From Phycisphaeraceae bacterium (GTDB lineage: Bacteria > Planctomycetota > Phycisphaerae > Phycisphaerales > Zrk34), in the NCBI GenBank assembly GCA_040905565.1, contig JBBDRF010000062.1:1-64000 (forward strand): 64,000 nucleotides of DNA, given 5' to 3'. Below, piece after piece: positions 47,239-56,508 of this stretch. Below the pieces are notes generated by a model. That model saw only the letters and a list, made by a program, of their open reading frames with translations. It was not told the origin of the DNA and made no database searches. Positions within the stretch are counted from its first letter, which is position 1. Each line of letters begins with the position of its first letter. Both the position numbers and the translations under genes were made by a program.

Positions 47239-48495
47239 TCAATGCTCGAGCAGCACGGCGGCGTGGCGGAGGCGGAGGCGGTCCATCACGGGGCCGTTGG
47301 CAGCCTCTTCAAGCTCGAGGATCAGTCGGTCGCCGCTGAGCGCGACGTTGATGAGCACGCCCGGCTGGTCCCGGTTGAGGTGGGCTTGAAACTGCTCGCC
47401 TTCGGCGTCGCGCACCACCAGTTTCAGGTCCGCCCAGGCGAGCGCGTCGTCTTCCAGCGAGGCCCGTGCGGTGAAACGCTGAGCACCGCTGGGCAGGTCG
47501 ATGGCGACGACGACGGGGGCGTGCAGGCTGGCGAAGCTGCGTTCGAAGGTCGGCCCGATCTCGACACCGAACACCGTGCCGCCGGCGACGACGCGGTGAT
47601 CCAGTTCAGCCAGGCTCACGAGCCGATGTCGCTGGGCGAACTCGACAGAGGCGACCTGACCGGCGGGCAGTTGCAACGCCTGCGAACTGAGGATCTGACC
47701 GGTGACCTCGTCGGAGTTGATGGCCAGTTCGGTGACCCGGATGCGGGCGCCATCGCGTAGCGTGACCCAATTGCCTGGCTGCTGTGTGAGGGGGTTCGCC
47801 AGCGCGACGGCGGCGACCCGCTCCCACGCCAGCGGCAGCGTCTGCCCGCCGACATCCAGCGTGATTGCACCCGTTTCGACGGATTCGATGAAGCCGGTCA
47901 GCACGTCGCCGTTGCGAAGCACCACGCGGTCGTCGGCACCGGTTGCGATCAGGGTGAGCGGATCGATCAACGGCTCGGCGGGCTCGGGCTGCTGCGCCGG
48001 CTCGGTGGTCGCTTCGGGCGCGGTTTCGGGCTCGGCTTCGGTATCTTCGTGGGCGGGTTCGCCGAGCGTCATGACCAGGACGTCGTCGAGGTCGATGGTG
48101 AGTTCGCCGAGTTCCGCGTGCCGCCAGGTGATGCGGTCGTCGGCGGCGTGCACAAACTGCCCGGGCAGATCGTGACCGTCGCTCAGCAGCAGCCGACCTG
48201 TCGAGGCGCTTCGCACTGGTTCACTGGCGAAGGTGAGCGACACGTGGGAGGCGATCTCGGCGCTGGTGAGCCGACGGTCCTCGTCGAAGTAGCTGAGGCG
48301 GCCGTCGCGCAGGCTCACGAACTGGATCGGCAGCGGGTTCAGCTCGGCGTCGGTCAGCTGGGCCGGCTCCATCGCGCCCGCGCCGCCGGCTATGACGAAA
48401 ATGGCGACGGTAAGGGTCAGCAGGGATCGCCACCAGCTGCGGGCGTGGGGGGCGGGGCTTGCGATTTCGCGGTGCACGGCTGCTTGCGTGACCAT
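47239..48495 (-). CDS. secreted protein with repeated LxDG/LxNG beta modules and NPCBM-like C-terminus
   Basis: signal peptide; LRDGR, LSDGH, LRNGD and LRDGA repeats. Confidence 0.7.
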   Translation of the reverse strand: MVTQAAVHREIASPAPHARSWWRSLLTLTVAIFVIAGGAGAMEPAQLTDAELNPLPIQFVSLRDGRLSYFDEDRRLTSAEIASHVSLTFASEPVRSASTGRLLLSDGHDLPGQFVHAADDRITWRHAELGELTIDLDDVLVMTLGEPAHEDTEAEPETAPEATTEPAQQPEPAEPLIDPLTLIATGADDRVVLRNGDVLTGFIESVETGAITLDVGGQTLPLAWERVAAVALANPLTQQPGNWVTLRDGARIRVTELAINSDEVTGQILSSQALQLPAGQVASVEFAQRHRLVSLAELDHRVVAGGTVFGVEIGPTFERSFASLHAPVVVAIDLPSGAQRFTARASLEDDALAWADLKLVVRDAEGEQFQAHLNRDQPGVLINVALSGDRLILELEEAANGPVMDRLRLRHAAVLLEH

Positions 48496-48552
48496 GTGAA
48501 AGTTCCTTTCACCTCTGCCGCGTCGGCGGAGAGGGGGTCGAACCGTTCGTGG

Positions 48553-49635
48553 TTACTTTTGCAGGATGGGCAGATAGCGGTTGGGCATCTGCAGGATGAT
48601 CAGTGCCATGGAGGTTCCGTACGATTTGCCGGCCTGGCCGTCCCAGCTGCCGTCCGCGGACTGCCGTTCGAGCAGTTCTTCGCGGATGGCGGGGAACCAT
48701 TGCTGCCAGAATCGGCCGCCGGCCATGTACATCGCCTGAACGGCATAGTAATGGCCGTAGAAATAGTGCGGCGTGTTCCGCCCTTCGCCGGGCATGTGCT
48801 GCATGATGTATTCGAGGCCGCGGTCGATGGCGTCGTCGCTGTAGATGCCGGCGTAGTAGAGCGTGGCGACGCCCGCTGCGGAGCGTGGGAATGCGGAGTT
48901 GCCGCTGCTGAGCATGTAGCGGAACCCGCCGTCGGCGTTCTGGCATCGGCGTGTGTATTCGACGGCCTTGTCGATGGTCTCGCGCGGCACGCGGATGCCG
49001 GCGTTGCGCGCGGCGCGCAGGCCCATGATCTGGCAGATGGTGACGGAGATGTCTGCTTCACGCGGCACGGGCTGATAGCGCCAGCCGCCCTCGTGGTTCT
49101 GCGAGCCGACGATCAGCCGGACGGCTTTGACGAGGGCTTCGCGCGTGCGGCGATCGTGCGTCATGCCGTAGATCTCGCCGAGGAAAAGCGTGGCGAAGCC
49201 GTGGCCGTACATGGGGCCGTGGGAGGTATCGGCGGCGACGAGGCCGTTTTCGTGGACGCTGTCGAGGACGAAGTCCAGGGCACGCGTCACCTGCGTGCCG
49301 TAGCGGCCGCGGCCGGGAACGTCGCCGTTGCTCATGAACGCCAGGCCCGCGAGGGCGCTGGTCCCCACGTGACGCCCATAGCGATCGGCGCCGAAGCTGC
49401 CGTCGGGTTGCTGTTGCTGAGCGAGGTAGGCGAGGCCCTTGCTGACGGATTCCTGCAATGCCGGCGTGATCTCGGCGAAGTCGCCTTGCGGTGCCGCACC
49501 TGGCGCTTCTGCGGGCGCGGCCAGGGCGGAACGACCGATCATGCCTGCGAACGGGACACTGCTCAACGCGGCCAGCATGGCGCGGCGGCTGAGCGGTGCG
49601 TGAGGCTGGTGCTGCTGCGGGCTTGAATCGTTCAT
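48553..49635 (-). CDS. prenyltransferase/squalene oxidase repeat protein, probable Tat substrate
   Basis: SRRAML; QQPDGSF, QNHEGGW, QNADGGF and QSADGSW repeats. Confidence 0.88.
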   Translation of the reverse strand: MNDSSPQQHQPHAPLSRRAMLAALSSVPFAGMIGRSALAAPAEAPGAAPQGDFAEITPALQESVSKGLAYLAQQQQPDGSFGADRYGRHVGTSALAGLAFMSNGDVPGRGRYGTQVTRALDFVLDSVHENGLVAADTSHGPMYGHGFATLFLGEIYGMTHDRRTREALVKAVRLIVGSQNHEGGWRYQPVPREADISVTICQIMGLRAARNAGIRVPRETIDKAVEYTRRCQNADGGFRYMLSSGNSAFPRSAAGVATLYYAGIYSDDAIDRGLEYIMQHMPGEGRNTPHYFYGHYYAVQAMYMAGGRFWQQWFPAIREELLERQSADGSWDGQAGKSYGTSMALIILQMPNRYLPILQK

Positions 49636-50357
49636 TCCTGCTGCTCCGCGAGGCGTTCGTAGTAGCGTTCGGTCAACTGCCGGTACAGCTGTGAGAAGCT
49701 GTCTTCCATGCCCTGCATCAGTTCATCGCGCAGCCGAGGCGGCAGATCGCCCCACTCGCTGACACGATCCTCGAGCAGTTCCTCTTCCATTTCCGATTGC
49801 TCGACCGAGCCTCGGTTGGCCTGCTCGCCGCCGGGCTCCTGCCCTTCACCGGGCTGCTGGCCGGCCTGGCCTTGCTGCTGAGGTTGATTTTGTGCGCTGC
49901 CGGTGTCCGCATCCTGGGGCGAGCCGCCGCTCTGGCTTTCGCTCTGCTGTTGCTGGGCCATGGAGATCGCCTGCTCAAGGCGAACGATCGCCCGCTGCTG
50001 GACACGCTGTGTTTCGATGCTTGCGTCGCGCCCGGTCGAGAGGCGTTCGGCTGCGTTCTTCATGTCCGCCACGGCCAGCTGGAAGACGTCGCCCTCTTCG
50101 CTGGTCGGCAGGGCGAGGTCGTCCAGATCCACTTCAACCTGCACGTCCGGCTCGGCTTCGTCGGCCTCAGCATCGCCTTCGGCTTCTTCGGCGTTGCCGT
50201 TCTCGGTCGCCGATTCTTCCTCGAGGCCGAGCAGATCGTCCAGCGAATCATCCGCACGGGCCGTCGACGGTACCAGCGCGAACAGCATGATCAGCGCGCT
50301 CGCAGCGAGGCATGGGAACAGCGGTGACGTAGGCGTGGCTTGTTTCCAGTGGTTCAT
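49632..50357 (-). CDS. acidic secreted protein of unknown function
   Basis: signal peptide; C-terminal WGDLPPRLR...YRQLTERYY; overlaps both neighbours. Confidence 0.8.
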   Translation of the reverse strand: MNHWKQATPTSPLFPCLAASALIMLFALVPSTARADDSLDDLLGLEEESATENGNAEEAEGDAEADEAEPDVQVEVDLDDLALPTSEEGDVFQLAVADMKNAAERLSTGRDASIETQRVQQRAIVRLEQAISMAQQQQSESQSGGSPQDADTGSAQNQPQQQGQAGQQPGEGQEPGGEQANRGSVEQSEMEEELLEDRVSEWGDLPPRLRDELMQGMEDSFSQLYRQLTERYYERLAEQQE

Positions 50358-53300
50358 GATGATGACTCCTCGCCTGCATCGTCGGCGTCGGCTTCGTCTT
50401 CGTCAGCTTCCTGCTGCTGGTCGAACAGACGCTGAATTTCCGGATCGACCCCGGGGAGGTTGTTGTCCGGTTGCTCTGGTTCGGGCTGTGGGGCAGGGGC
50501 CTCGTCCGGGTCGGCTTGCATCTGCTGCTGAAGCTGTTGGATCAGCTGCGCGCCGGTTTCCGAGAGCGACACCTGCTGCAGTGAAAGCTCTTCGACCATG
50601 TCGGCGTCTTCGATGCCTGAATCGTCGAGTCGACGCGTGAGTTCGTGGACGAGCACCTGGCGGGTTCGCAGGAGGCGCAGCTCCGCGATGTCGGGAATGA
50701 GTTCGGGTTCACCGCCTTGCCCTCCGCCGCCGCCGCCTTCGCCGCCCTGCTCGCCCTCGGCGAATTCATCGGGTTCGTCGATGGCTTCGAGCGATTCGAT
50801 GAGCGCTTCGATCGTGCTGATGACCATGTCCTGGTTAAAGACGGTGCGCACGCTGGGATCGCCCTCGCGTAGCGAACCCGCAGCGGAGGCGGCCCAGCGA
50901 TCCATCTGGTCGTGCATGGAGCGGTAAACGATGGTTTCGCTGAGTTTTTCCTGAAGCTCGGCGAGTGCATCGCGGACGGCGGCCTGCTCGTCGCCACGGT
51001 CGCGCGCGTCGGCGCGCCAGCGGCGGTTGCGGGCGTCGGCCTCGGCCTCGGTGAGGGTGTGCGTCTGACCGCGCAAAGCTTCCTGCTGAGCGAGGGCGGC
51101 ACGGTAAGCCCGCACCAGTTCCTCACGCTCCTGCTGCGACATTTCATCCTGCGCCTGCTGCGACGCTTCCTCGGCGAGAGCGAGCGCTTCGTTGAGTTTT
51201 CGCAGCGCGTTCCGCTCGGCCTGCTCGGTGGTGGCGCGGTTGGGATCGTCCGCTCGCAATGCCCGCACGGCGTCGGCCATGTGGTCGCCAGCCTGCTCAA
51301 GCGCCGCGGCGACGGAGATGGTTTCTTCGCCGGCCTGCCTGGCGTCGTCGGCAACGGCGATGGTGTTCCGCCGCAACTGAAGCATCGCTTCATCAAGCCC
51401 GGCAAGCTCGTCGACGTCTGCGAGGCGGTCCAGCTGGGCAGCTTGCTGATCACGCAGTTCGCGGATCGCTTCGACGAGTTCCATCAGCTGGCGCGTGAGG
51501 ATCTCCTGCCGCAGTTCGTCGACGCGGCCGAGCTGTTCCTGCATCTCACGCAGCACCTCACGGGCCTCTTCCTGGCTCTGCTGAGCTTGGGAAAGACGGT
51601 TCTCGTCGACCTCCTCGGCAGCGTCCTCCATTTGCTCCTGAAGCGCCTGTTCGTCGGCCGTGGCGGCCGCTTCACGCAGGGCCTCGGCGACGGCCTGCTC
51701 CTCGGGCCGTTCGGCATTGCGGGAGAGTGCCGCCGCGGTGGATCGCATCCGCTCGACCAGCTCCTCGGCTTCCTCGGAAAGCTCCTGCTGGCGTTCGCCT
51801 GCTTCCATCAGCGCTTCAAGGTCGGCTTCGGCGAGGTCCTCGAGGGATTGACCGAGCGTGCGCGGCAGCAGCTCCCGCACGTCGTCGTGCAGGAATTCCT
51901 GCTCACGCTGGAGGCGCGTCAGCTGCTCCTGAATCTCGTAAGCGTCACGCCCCTGATCCAGCAACTGCACGAGTCGATCAAGCTCCGTTGCCACGGCTTC
52001 CTGCGCTTCGCGGCCCTGCTGCAGTTGTTCCTGCGTTTGCGGATCGTCCTGCTCGCCGCCTGCCGCTCGGGCAAGGTTGTCGGCGGCTTCGTCGGCCCGG
52101 TCGCGTGCTGCCTCGACGAGCTGCTGCGACTGCTCAAGTGTCTGCGTCATCGATTCGGAATCCAGCCGATTTTTCTCGATACGATCTTCGAGCCCTTCGA
52201 TGGTTCGGCTGACAGATTCAAGGCGTTCGGCCATCTCCTGCTGCTGCGAAGCCGTGCGGCGGTCGGCGTCGGCTTCGCGCAGTTCCTGCTGCGTTCGCCG
52301 GGCGCGAATGGCGCGCTGTCGCACGTCGGCCAGTTCGGCCTGAAGCTGCCGACGTAGCTCGTTTTCGCTGATGATGCGGAGCCATCGCACGGCGGATTCA
52401 ACGGCCTCGTGCTGCTGACCATTAAGCTCGTAATTATCCTGCGCTACGGCGACGAGCGCGACCTCATCGCCTTCGACAAGTTCCATCTCCGCGAGGTCGA
52501 GTTCGGCTTCGAGCGTGGTGCGCGGCTGGGGCTGATCGGTGTGCGCCAGACGGGTCGGGTCGCCTTCCTGGCCGACGGACGCGCGAAGGTTCATCGAAGC
52601 GACAGCGACATCGTCGTAAGCCTCGGCGGCGAGCGAGACGCGTGCGGTGGGGAGCACCTGCTGATCGGAGCCGGGCGTGAGGATGGAAGCGTTCGGCTGA
52701 CGATCTTCGCGGGCTTCGAAGCGGAACAGGCGTTGGTCTTCGTAGCGGGAGCCGTAGGCGTCGGCGAGGTTGAAAGTGAAGGCGTGCGTCTGGTGAAGGT
52801 CCCACGCGACGCGCAGCCGGGTGTCGCCCTGATCAGCTTGGAGCAGGCGGTAGGTGATGTTCATGGCCTCGGCGTCGGTGGCTTCGCCGATGAGGCCTGG
52901 AAGCGTTTGGCGGACCCATTGGGTGGTACGCTCGGGGGAGTCGTCGTCGGCGGCGGGGGCGAAGGAGCCGGTGATCCGCATCTCCAGTTCAATCCGCGAG
53001 CCTGCCAATGCCTCGACCGTGACGGAGGGGCGCGGGGGCGTGAGCAGATACTGCTGCTGGGGATCGATGAAGTCGGCGGCGTAGGCGGGCGGCTGAACGG
53101 TGGCCGTGAGCTCGGTGAGCGTCGGCGGCTGGATCAGCTCCATGACCTGAACGTCGGTGCGATCGTCGCCGGCTTCGAAGTAGAAGGCGATGGCGCGGGC
53201 GCCGCTGGCGAGTTCGACAAGGCGTTCGTATTCGCCGGCCGCCCGGTCGCCTTGATCCTGTCGCGTCATCAAGGCGCGTTGCCAGCGGCCGGCGCGCGGG

Positions 53301-54043
53301 CGATCGTCCGCGCTTGCGAGAAACTGGAAGCCCGCCCAGGTTCGCAGGTCCGGTCGATCGCCCTGGGTAACCTCCGCAAGCAGACGCAGGGGGACGTCGT
53401 TCGGCGCGACCTGCTGATCGGTGAGACTTTGCACGGCATAGCGATTGGGCCAGGCGGCGTCGCCGAGCGGCTGAAACCAGCGCTGGGCGGCGATCGAAGC
53501 GGAGGCGGGGGCGGCGACGGCGATGCCTGCCGTCAGCGTGAGCACCAGCGCGAGGATGATGATCTGTCGCCAAGTGCGGCTGGCGTCGAGCAGTCGACGA
53601 ATCTCCTCGCGTTCCAGGATGCCCTCGGCGTTGCGGGTGGTTTGATCGCTCAACTGCCTGGCACGATCGGAGTCGCCCGTGGCGGCGGGGCGGGGCGGGG
53701 CCTCACCTGCGGGGCTGGTTTCGGTGCTGAAGGCGACGGCACTGGCGAGGCGGCCGGCCGTGGCGGGGTACAGCCGCTCGAGGCGCTGCGCGAGCGTGGT
53801 GAGGCCGACGTCCACGCGGAGCGACCGGCCGATGCGCACGAAGGCCCAGGCGACGGCGACGGTAACCACGGCGAGGCCGATGAAAAGGCGAAGCCAGCCG
53901 GGCAGCCGGAGGGCGAAGTCGGCGACGCCGAGGAAAACGGCGGTGCCCACGAGGGCGCTGAGCCAGGTGGCGACGCGCATCGAGATGAGCATGAACCGCG
54001 CTCGTGAGCGGACCGTCTCGAGTTGGTCAATGAGTCGTTGCAC
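50354..54043 (-). CDS. large membrane-anchored coiled-coil protein (DUF4175-like)
   Basis: 3 N-terminal TM helices, beta-rich middle region, long E/Q-rich coiled coil; 1229 aa. Confidence 0.82.
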   Translation of the reverse strand: MQRLIDQLETVRSRARFMLISMRVATWLSALVGTAVFLGVADFALRLPGWLRLFIGLAVVTVAVAWAFVRIGRSLRVDVGLTTLAQRLERLYPATAGRLASAVAFSTETSPAGEAPPRPAATGDSDRARQLSDQTTRNAEGILEREEIRRLLDASRTWRQIIILALVLTLTAGIAVAAPASASIAAQRWFQPLGDAAWPNRYAVQSLTDQQVAPNDVPLRLLAEVTQGDRPDLRTWAGFQFLASADDRPRAGRWQRALMTRQDQGDRAAGEYERLVELASGARAIAFYFEAGDDRTDVQVMELIQPPTLTELTATVQPPAYAADFIDPQQQYLLTPPRPSVTVEALAGSRIELEMRITGSFAPAADDDSPERTTQWVRQTLPGLIGEATDAEAMNITYRLLQADQGDTRLRVAWDLHQTHAFTFNLADAYGSRYEDQRLFRFEAREDRQPNASILTPGSDQQVLPTARVSLAAEAYDDVAVASMNLRASVGQEGDPTRLAHTDQPQPRTTLEAELDLAEMELVEGDEVALVAVAQDNYELNGQQHEAVESAVRWLRIISENELRRQLQAELADVRQRAIRARRTQQELREADADRRTASQQQEMAERLESVSRTIEGLEDRIEKNRLDSESMTQTLEQSQQLVEAARDRADEAADNLARAAGGEQDDPQTQEQLQQGREAQEAVATELDRLVQLLDQGRDAYEIQEQLTRLQREQEFLHDDVRELLPRTLGQSLEDLAEADLEALMEAGERQQELSEEAEELVERMRSTAAALSRNAERPEEQAVAEALREAAATADEQALQEQMEDAAEEVDENRLSQAQQSQEEAREVLREMQEQLGRVDELRQEILTRQLMELVEAIRELRDQQAAQLDRLADVDELAGLDEAMLQLRRNTIAVADDARQAGEETISVAAALEQAGDHMADAVRALRADDPNRATTEQAERNALRKLNEALALAEEASQQAQDEMSQQEREELVRAYRAALAQQEALRGQTHTLTEAEADARNRRWRADARDRGDEQAAVRDALAELQEKLSETIVYRSMHDQMDRWAASAAGSLREGDPSVRTVFNQDMVISTIEALIESLEAIDEPDEFAEGEQGGEGGGGGGQGGEPELIPDIAELRLLRTRQVLVHELTRRLDDSGIEDADMVEELSLQQVSLSETGAQLIQQLQQQMQADPDEAPAPQPEPEQPDNNLPGVDPEIQRLFDQQQEADEDEADADDAGEESSS

Positions 54044-54168
54044 CAGCTATATCTCCCAAGACCATTCTAGCGCCCTTGTCGTCTGACACACGCTGCTTTC
54101 GTGGCTTATCGCGGCGGTGTTTCCGGGGCAATGCCCCAGCCGCCGATGGGTTGTCTGCCCTACCTGTC

Positions 54169-56508
54169 TCATGCGAGGCCCATCAAACGGCGGCCGATCC
54201 ACTCGCCGCTGAGCAGCAACAACAGGAGTGCGAAGGCGAGGGGCGAATGCCAAAGCGGTTCGGTGATGTCGGCTGCGGTGTGGCGTGCCCGCGAGGGCAG
54301 GATCTGAGCGAGGTCGGCGAGGTCGGCTTCGGTGAGGACGCTGCCGCCGGTGCGATCGGCGAGTTCGGCGAGCATGGCGTGATCGGTGCGCGGGTCGCGC
54401 ATTTCGTCGTCGGCACGTTCGATGTGGACGTCTTGCTGGAGCGCGAGATCCTGAAGCCCGGCGCTGGTGACGGTGAGCGTTTTGTCGCCTGATGTGGTGG
54501 GGGCCCAGACGCCTCGGTAGTGGCCGTCCTGCTCGGTGGCAGTGAGGGTGAGGCGGCCTTCGGAGCGGCTGGTCTGCTGATCGCGGACGGTCACTTCCAC
54601 CTGGTCCATTTCGCGCTGGAGCAGCTGCTGATCCTGTACGCGAAGCTCGACGACGAGCGTGTCGCCGGTTGACGCACGGCGGTGGGAGACAGCGAGGCGG
54701 GCGCGAGAATCTTCGCCTTCGATCTCCAGACGGCTGCGTGCGAGCATGCGGATGGTCTGGGTCCAGAATTGCTCGGGGTACAGCTCGCCGCGGCCGTAGC
54801 GCCAGCGCCAGATTTCGTCGGTGGCGACGTAAACGCTTTGGCCGGCCCCGTAGCGCATGCGGACGACGAGGGGCTCGGAGGAGTTGGCGTCGATGGCGAG
54901 TGCTTCGGCTGCGGGCTTGAGGTCGCCTAGCGACTGGGCCCACATCAGCGAGGGTAGATGTTCGGGCCAGGGGTTGTCTTCTTCGTCCATCTCGGGCCAG
55001 CGGAAACGCAGCACGCCGAGCGCTTCGGCGCCGGCGGTGGGGACAAGATCTATGGGGGTGCCGAGGCTGGCCAGGGAGGGCGAGGAGGCCATGGGCAGCA
55101 GGGCACCGAGTGCGGAGGTGGCGTAGGAGTCGGGGGTGGCATCTTCGCCGCCGATCCAGAGCAGGCCCGCGCCGCGCTGGGAGACCTGCTCGAGCATGAG
55201 CTTCATCTGGTCGGAGGAGAAGAAGCTGGCGGGGACGTCGCCGATGATGATGACGTCGTAGTCTTCGATTTCTTCCTCGGTCTGCGGGAGCCTACGCAGG
55301 GGGACGTCGCCTTCCTGGGCGAACTCGCGGTCGGCGCTGACGAGCATGATGCTGCTCTCGATGCTTTCTTCGCGCACGACGGTGTTTTTAAGGTAGCGGT
55401 ATTCCCAGCGGGGGTAGCCTTCGACGTAGAGCAGGCGGATGGGACGATCGACGAGCGTCATCTCGAGCGTCTGCTGATTGTTGTCGTCGATGAGATCGGC
55501 TGTGGTGCTTTGCAGGTGCACTTCCCAGTCGACCTCGCCGGCAGCTTCGGGACTGGTGGCCAGTTGGACGGGTTCGCCGAAGCGGGTGACGGCGACTTCA
55601 TCGAGCACTTCACCGGTGGCGCGATCGATCAGTTGCAGTCGGGTGCCTTCGGGTGCGTCCGCCCCGGCGGCGTCGGTGGGCATCTGCGTGACGGTGACGT
55701 GGACGGGGACGACGTCGTCGACGAACGCCCGGTCCGGCGCGTCGACGCGTGCAATGCTGAGGTCCATCGGCGGGTTCTCAGCACCGAGCGCGACGACGTA
55801 GGCGGGCACGCCGAGCTGTTCGAGGAGGCGCCAGGTGGCGGCCCCGACGGGTTCGCTGCTGCGGCCGTCGGACCAGATGACGACGCCGCTGATGGGCTTG
55901 CCGGCACTGCGGCGGAGGCTCTCGCGGATGGCGGTGGCCATGGCGGTGGTGGGGCGGTCGGGGGCCTCGAGGGTTTCGGGGCCGCCGAGTTCGGTGATGG
56001 CGTCGCCGAAGCCGAGCCATTGGACGCGTCGGCGTTGGTTGAGTTCGCCCCAGACATCGACGTTGTCGTTGAGGATGCGGCTGAGTTGCTGTTCGCGTGA
56101 GGTGCGGTCATCGTCGCCTGCGGAGTCGGGCACGTCGCGCAGTTGCATGGAGCCGCTGCGGTCGACGAGCATGAGAACGTGATCGGGTTCGATCGTCTCG
56201 CGCGGGAGGACGAGCATCGGCCGGGCGAGGAGCAGGGCGAGTGTCATGAGCGCCAGGACGCGGACGCCTGTAAGGATGATGCGACCTTGACGCAGGCCGA
56301 GCATGCGGCGGTAGCCCATCCACGTGGCGGTAATGATTGCAGCGATGACGAGGAGCCAGACCCAGCCTGGCAGCGGGTATTGCCAGCTGAGTTCGACGGT
56401 CGGATCGGTCGGGTCGATCTGTCGCAGGCCCAGCAGCCACGCGAGCCAGCCTTCGGCCTGGGCGAGCGTGTTGGTGAACCCGGTGAAGTCGGCTGTTTCG
56501 ATACTCAT
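54169..56508 (-). CDS. VWA plus glutamine-amidotransferase-like membrane protein
   Basis: DRSGSM MIDAS, SDG, EGYPRWEYRYL, WRWR and C-terminal EWIGRR. Confidence 0.85.
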   Translation of the reverse strand: MSIETADFTGFTNTLAQAEGWLAWLLGLRQIDPTDPTVELSWQYPLPGWVWLLVIAAIITATWMGYRRMLGLRQGRIILTGVRVLALMTLALLLARPMLVLPRETIEPDHVLMLVDRSGSMQLRDVPDSAGDDDRTSREQQLSRILNDNVDVWGELNQRRRVQWLGFGDAITELGGPETLEAPDRPTTAMATAIRESLRRSAGKPISGVVIWSDGRSSEPVGAATWRLLEQLGVPAYVVALGAENPPMDLSIARVDAPDRAFVDDVVPVHVTVTQMPTDAAGADAPEGTRLQLIDRATGEVLDEVAVTRFGEPVQLATSPEAAGEVDWEVHLQSTTADLIDDNNQQTLEMTLVDRPIRLLYVEGYPRWEYRYLKNTVVREESIESSIMLVSADREFAQEGDVPLRRLPQTEEEIEDYDVIIIGDVPASFFSSDQMKLMLEQVSQRGAGLLWIGGEDATPDSYATSALGALLPMASSPSLASLGTPIDLVPTAGAEALGVLRFRWPEMDEEDNPWPEHLPSLMWAQSLGDLKPAAEALAIDANSSEPLVVRMRYGAGQSVYVATDEIWRWRYGRGELYPEQFWTQTIRMLARSRLEIEGEDSRARLAVSHRRASTGDTLVVELRVQDQQLLQREMDQVEVTVRDQQTSRSEGRLTLTATEQDGHYRGVWAPTTSGDKTLTVTSAGLQDLALQQDVHIERADDEMRDPRTDHAMLAELADRTGGSVLTEADLADLAQILPSRARHTAADITEPLWHSPLAFALLLLLLSGEWIGRRLMGLA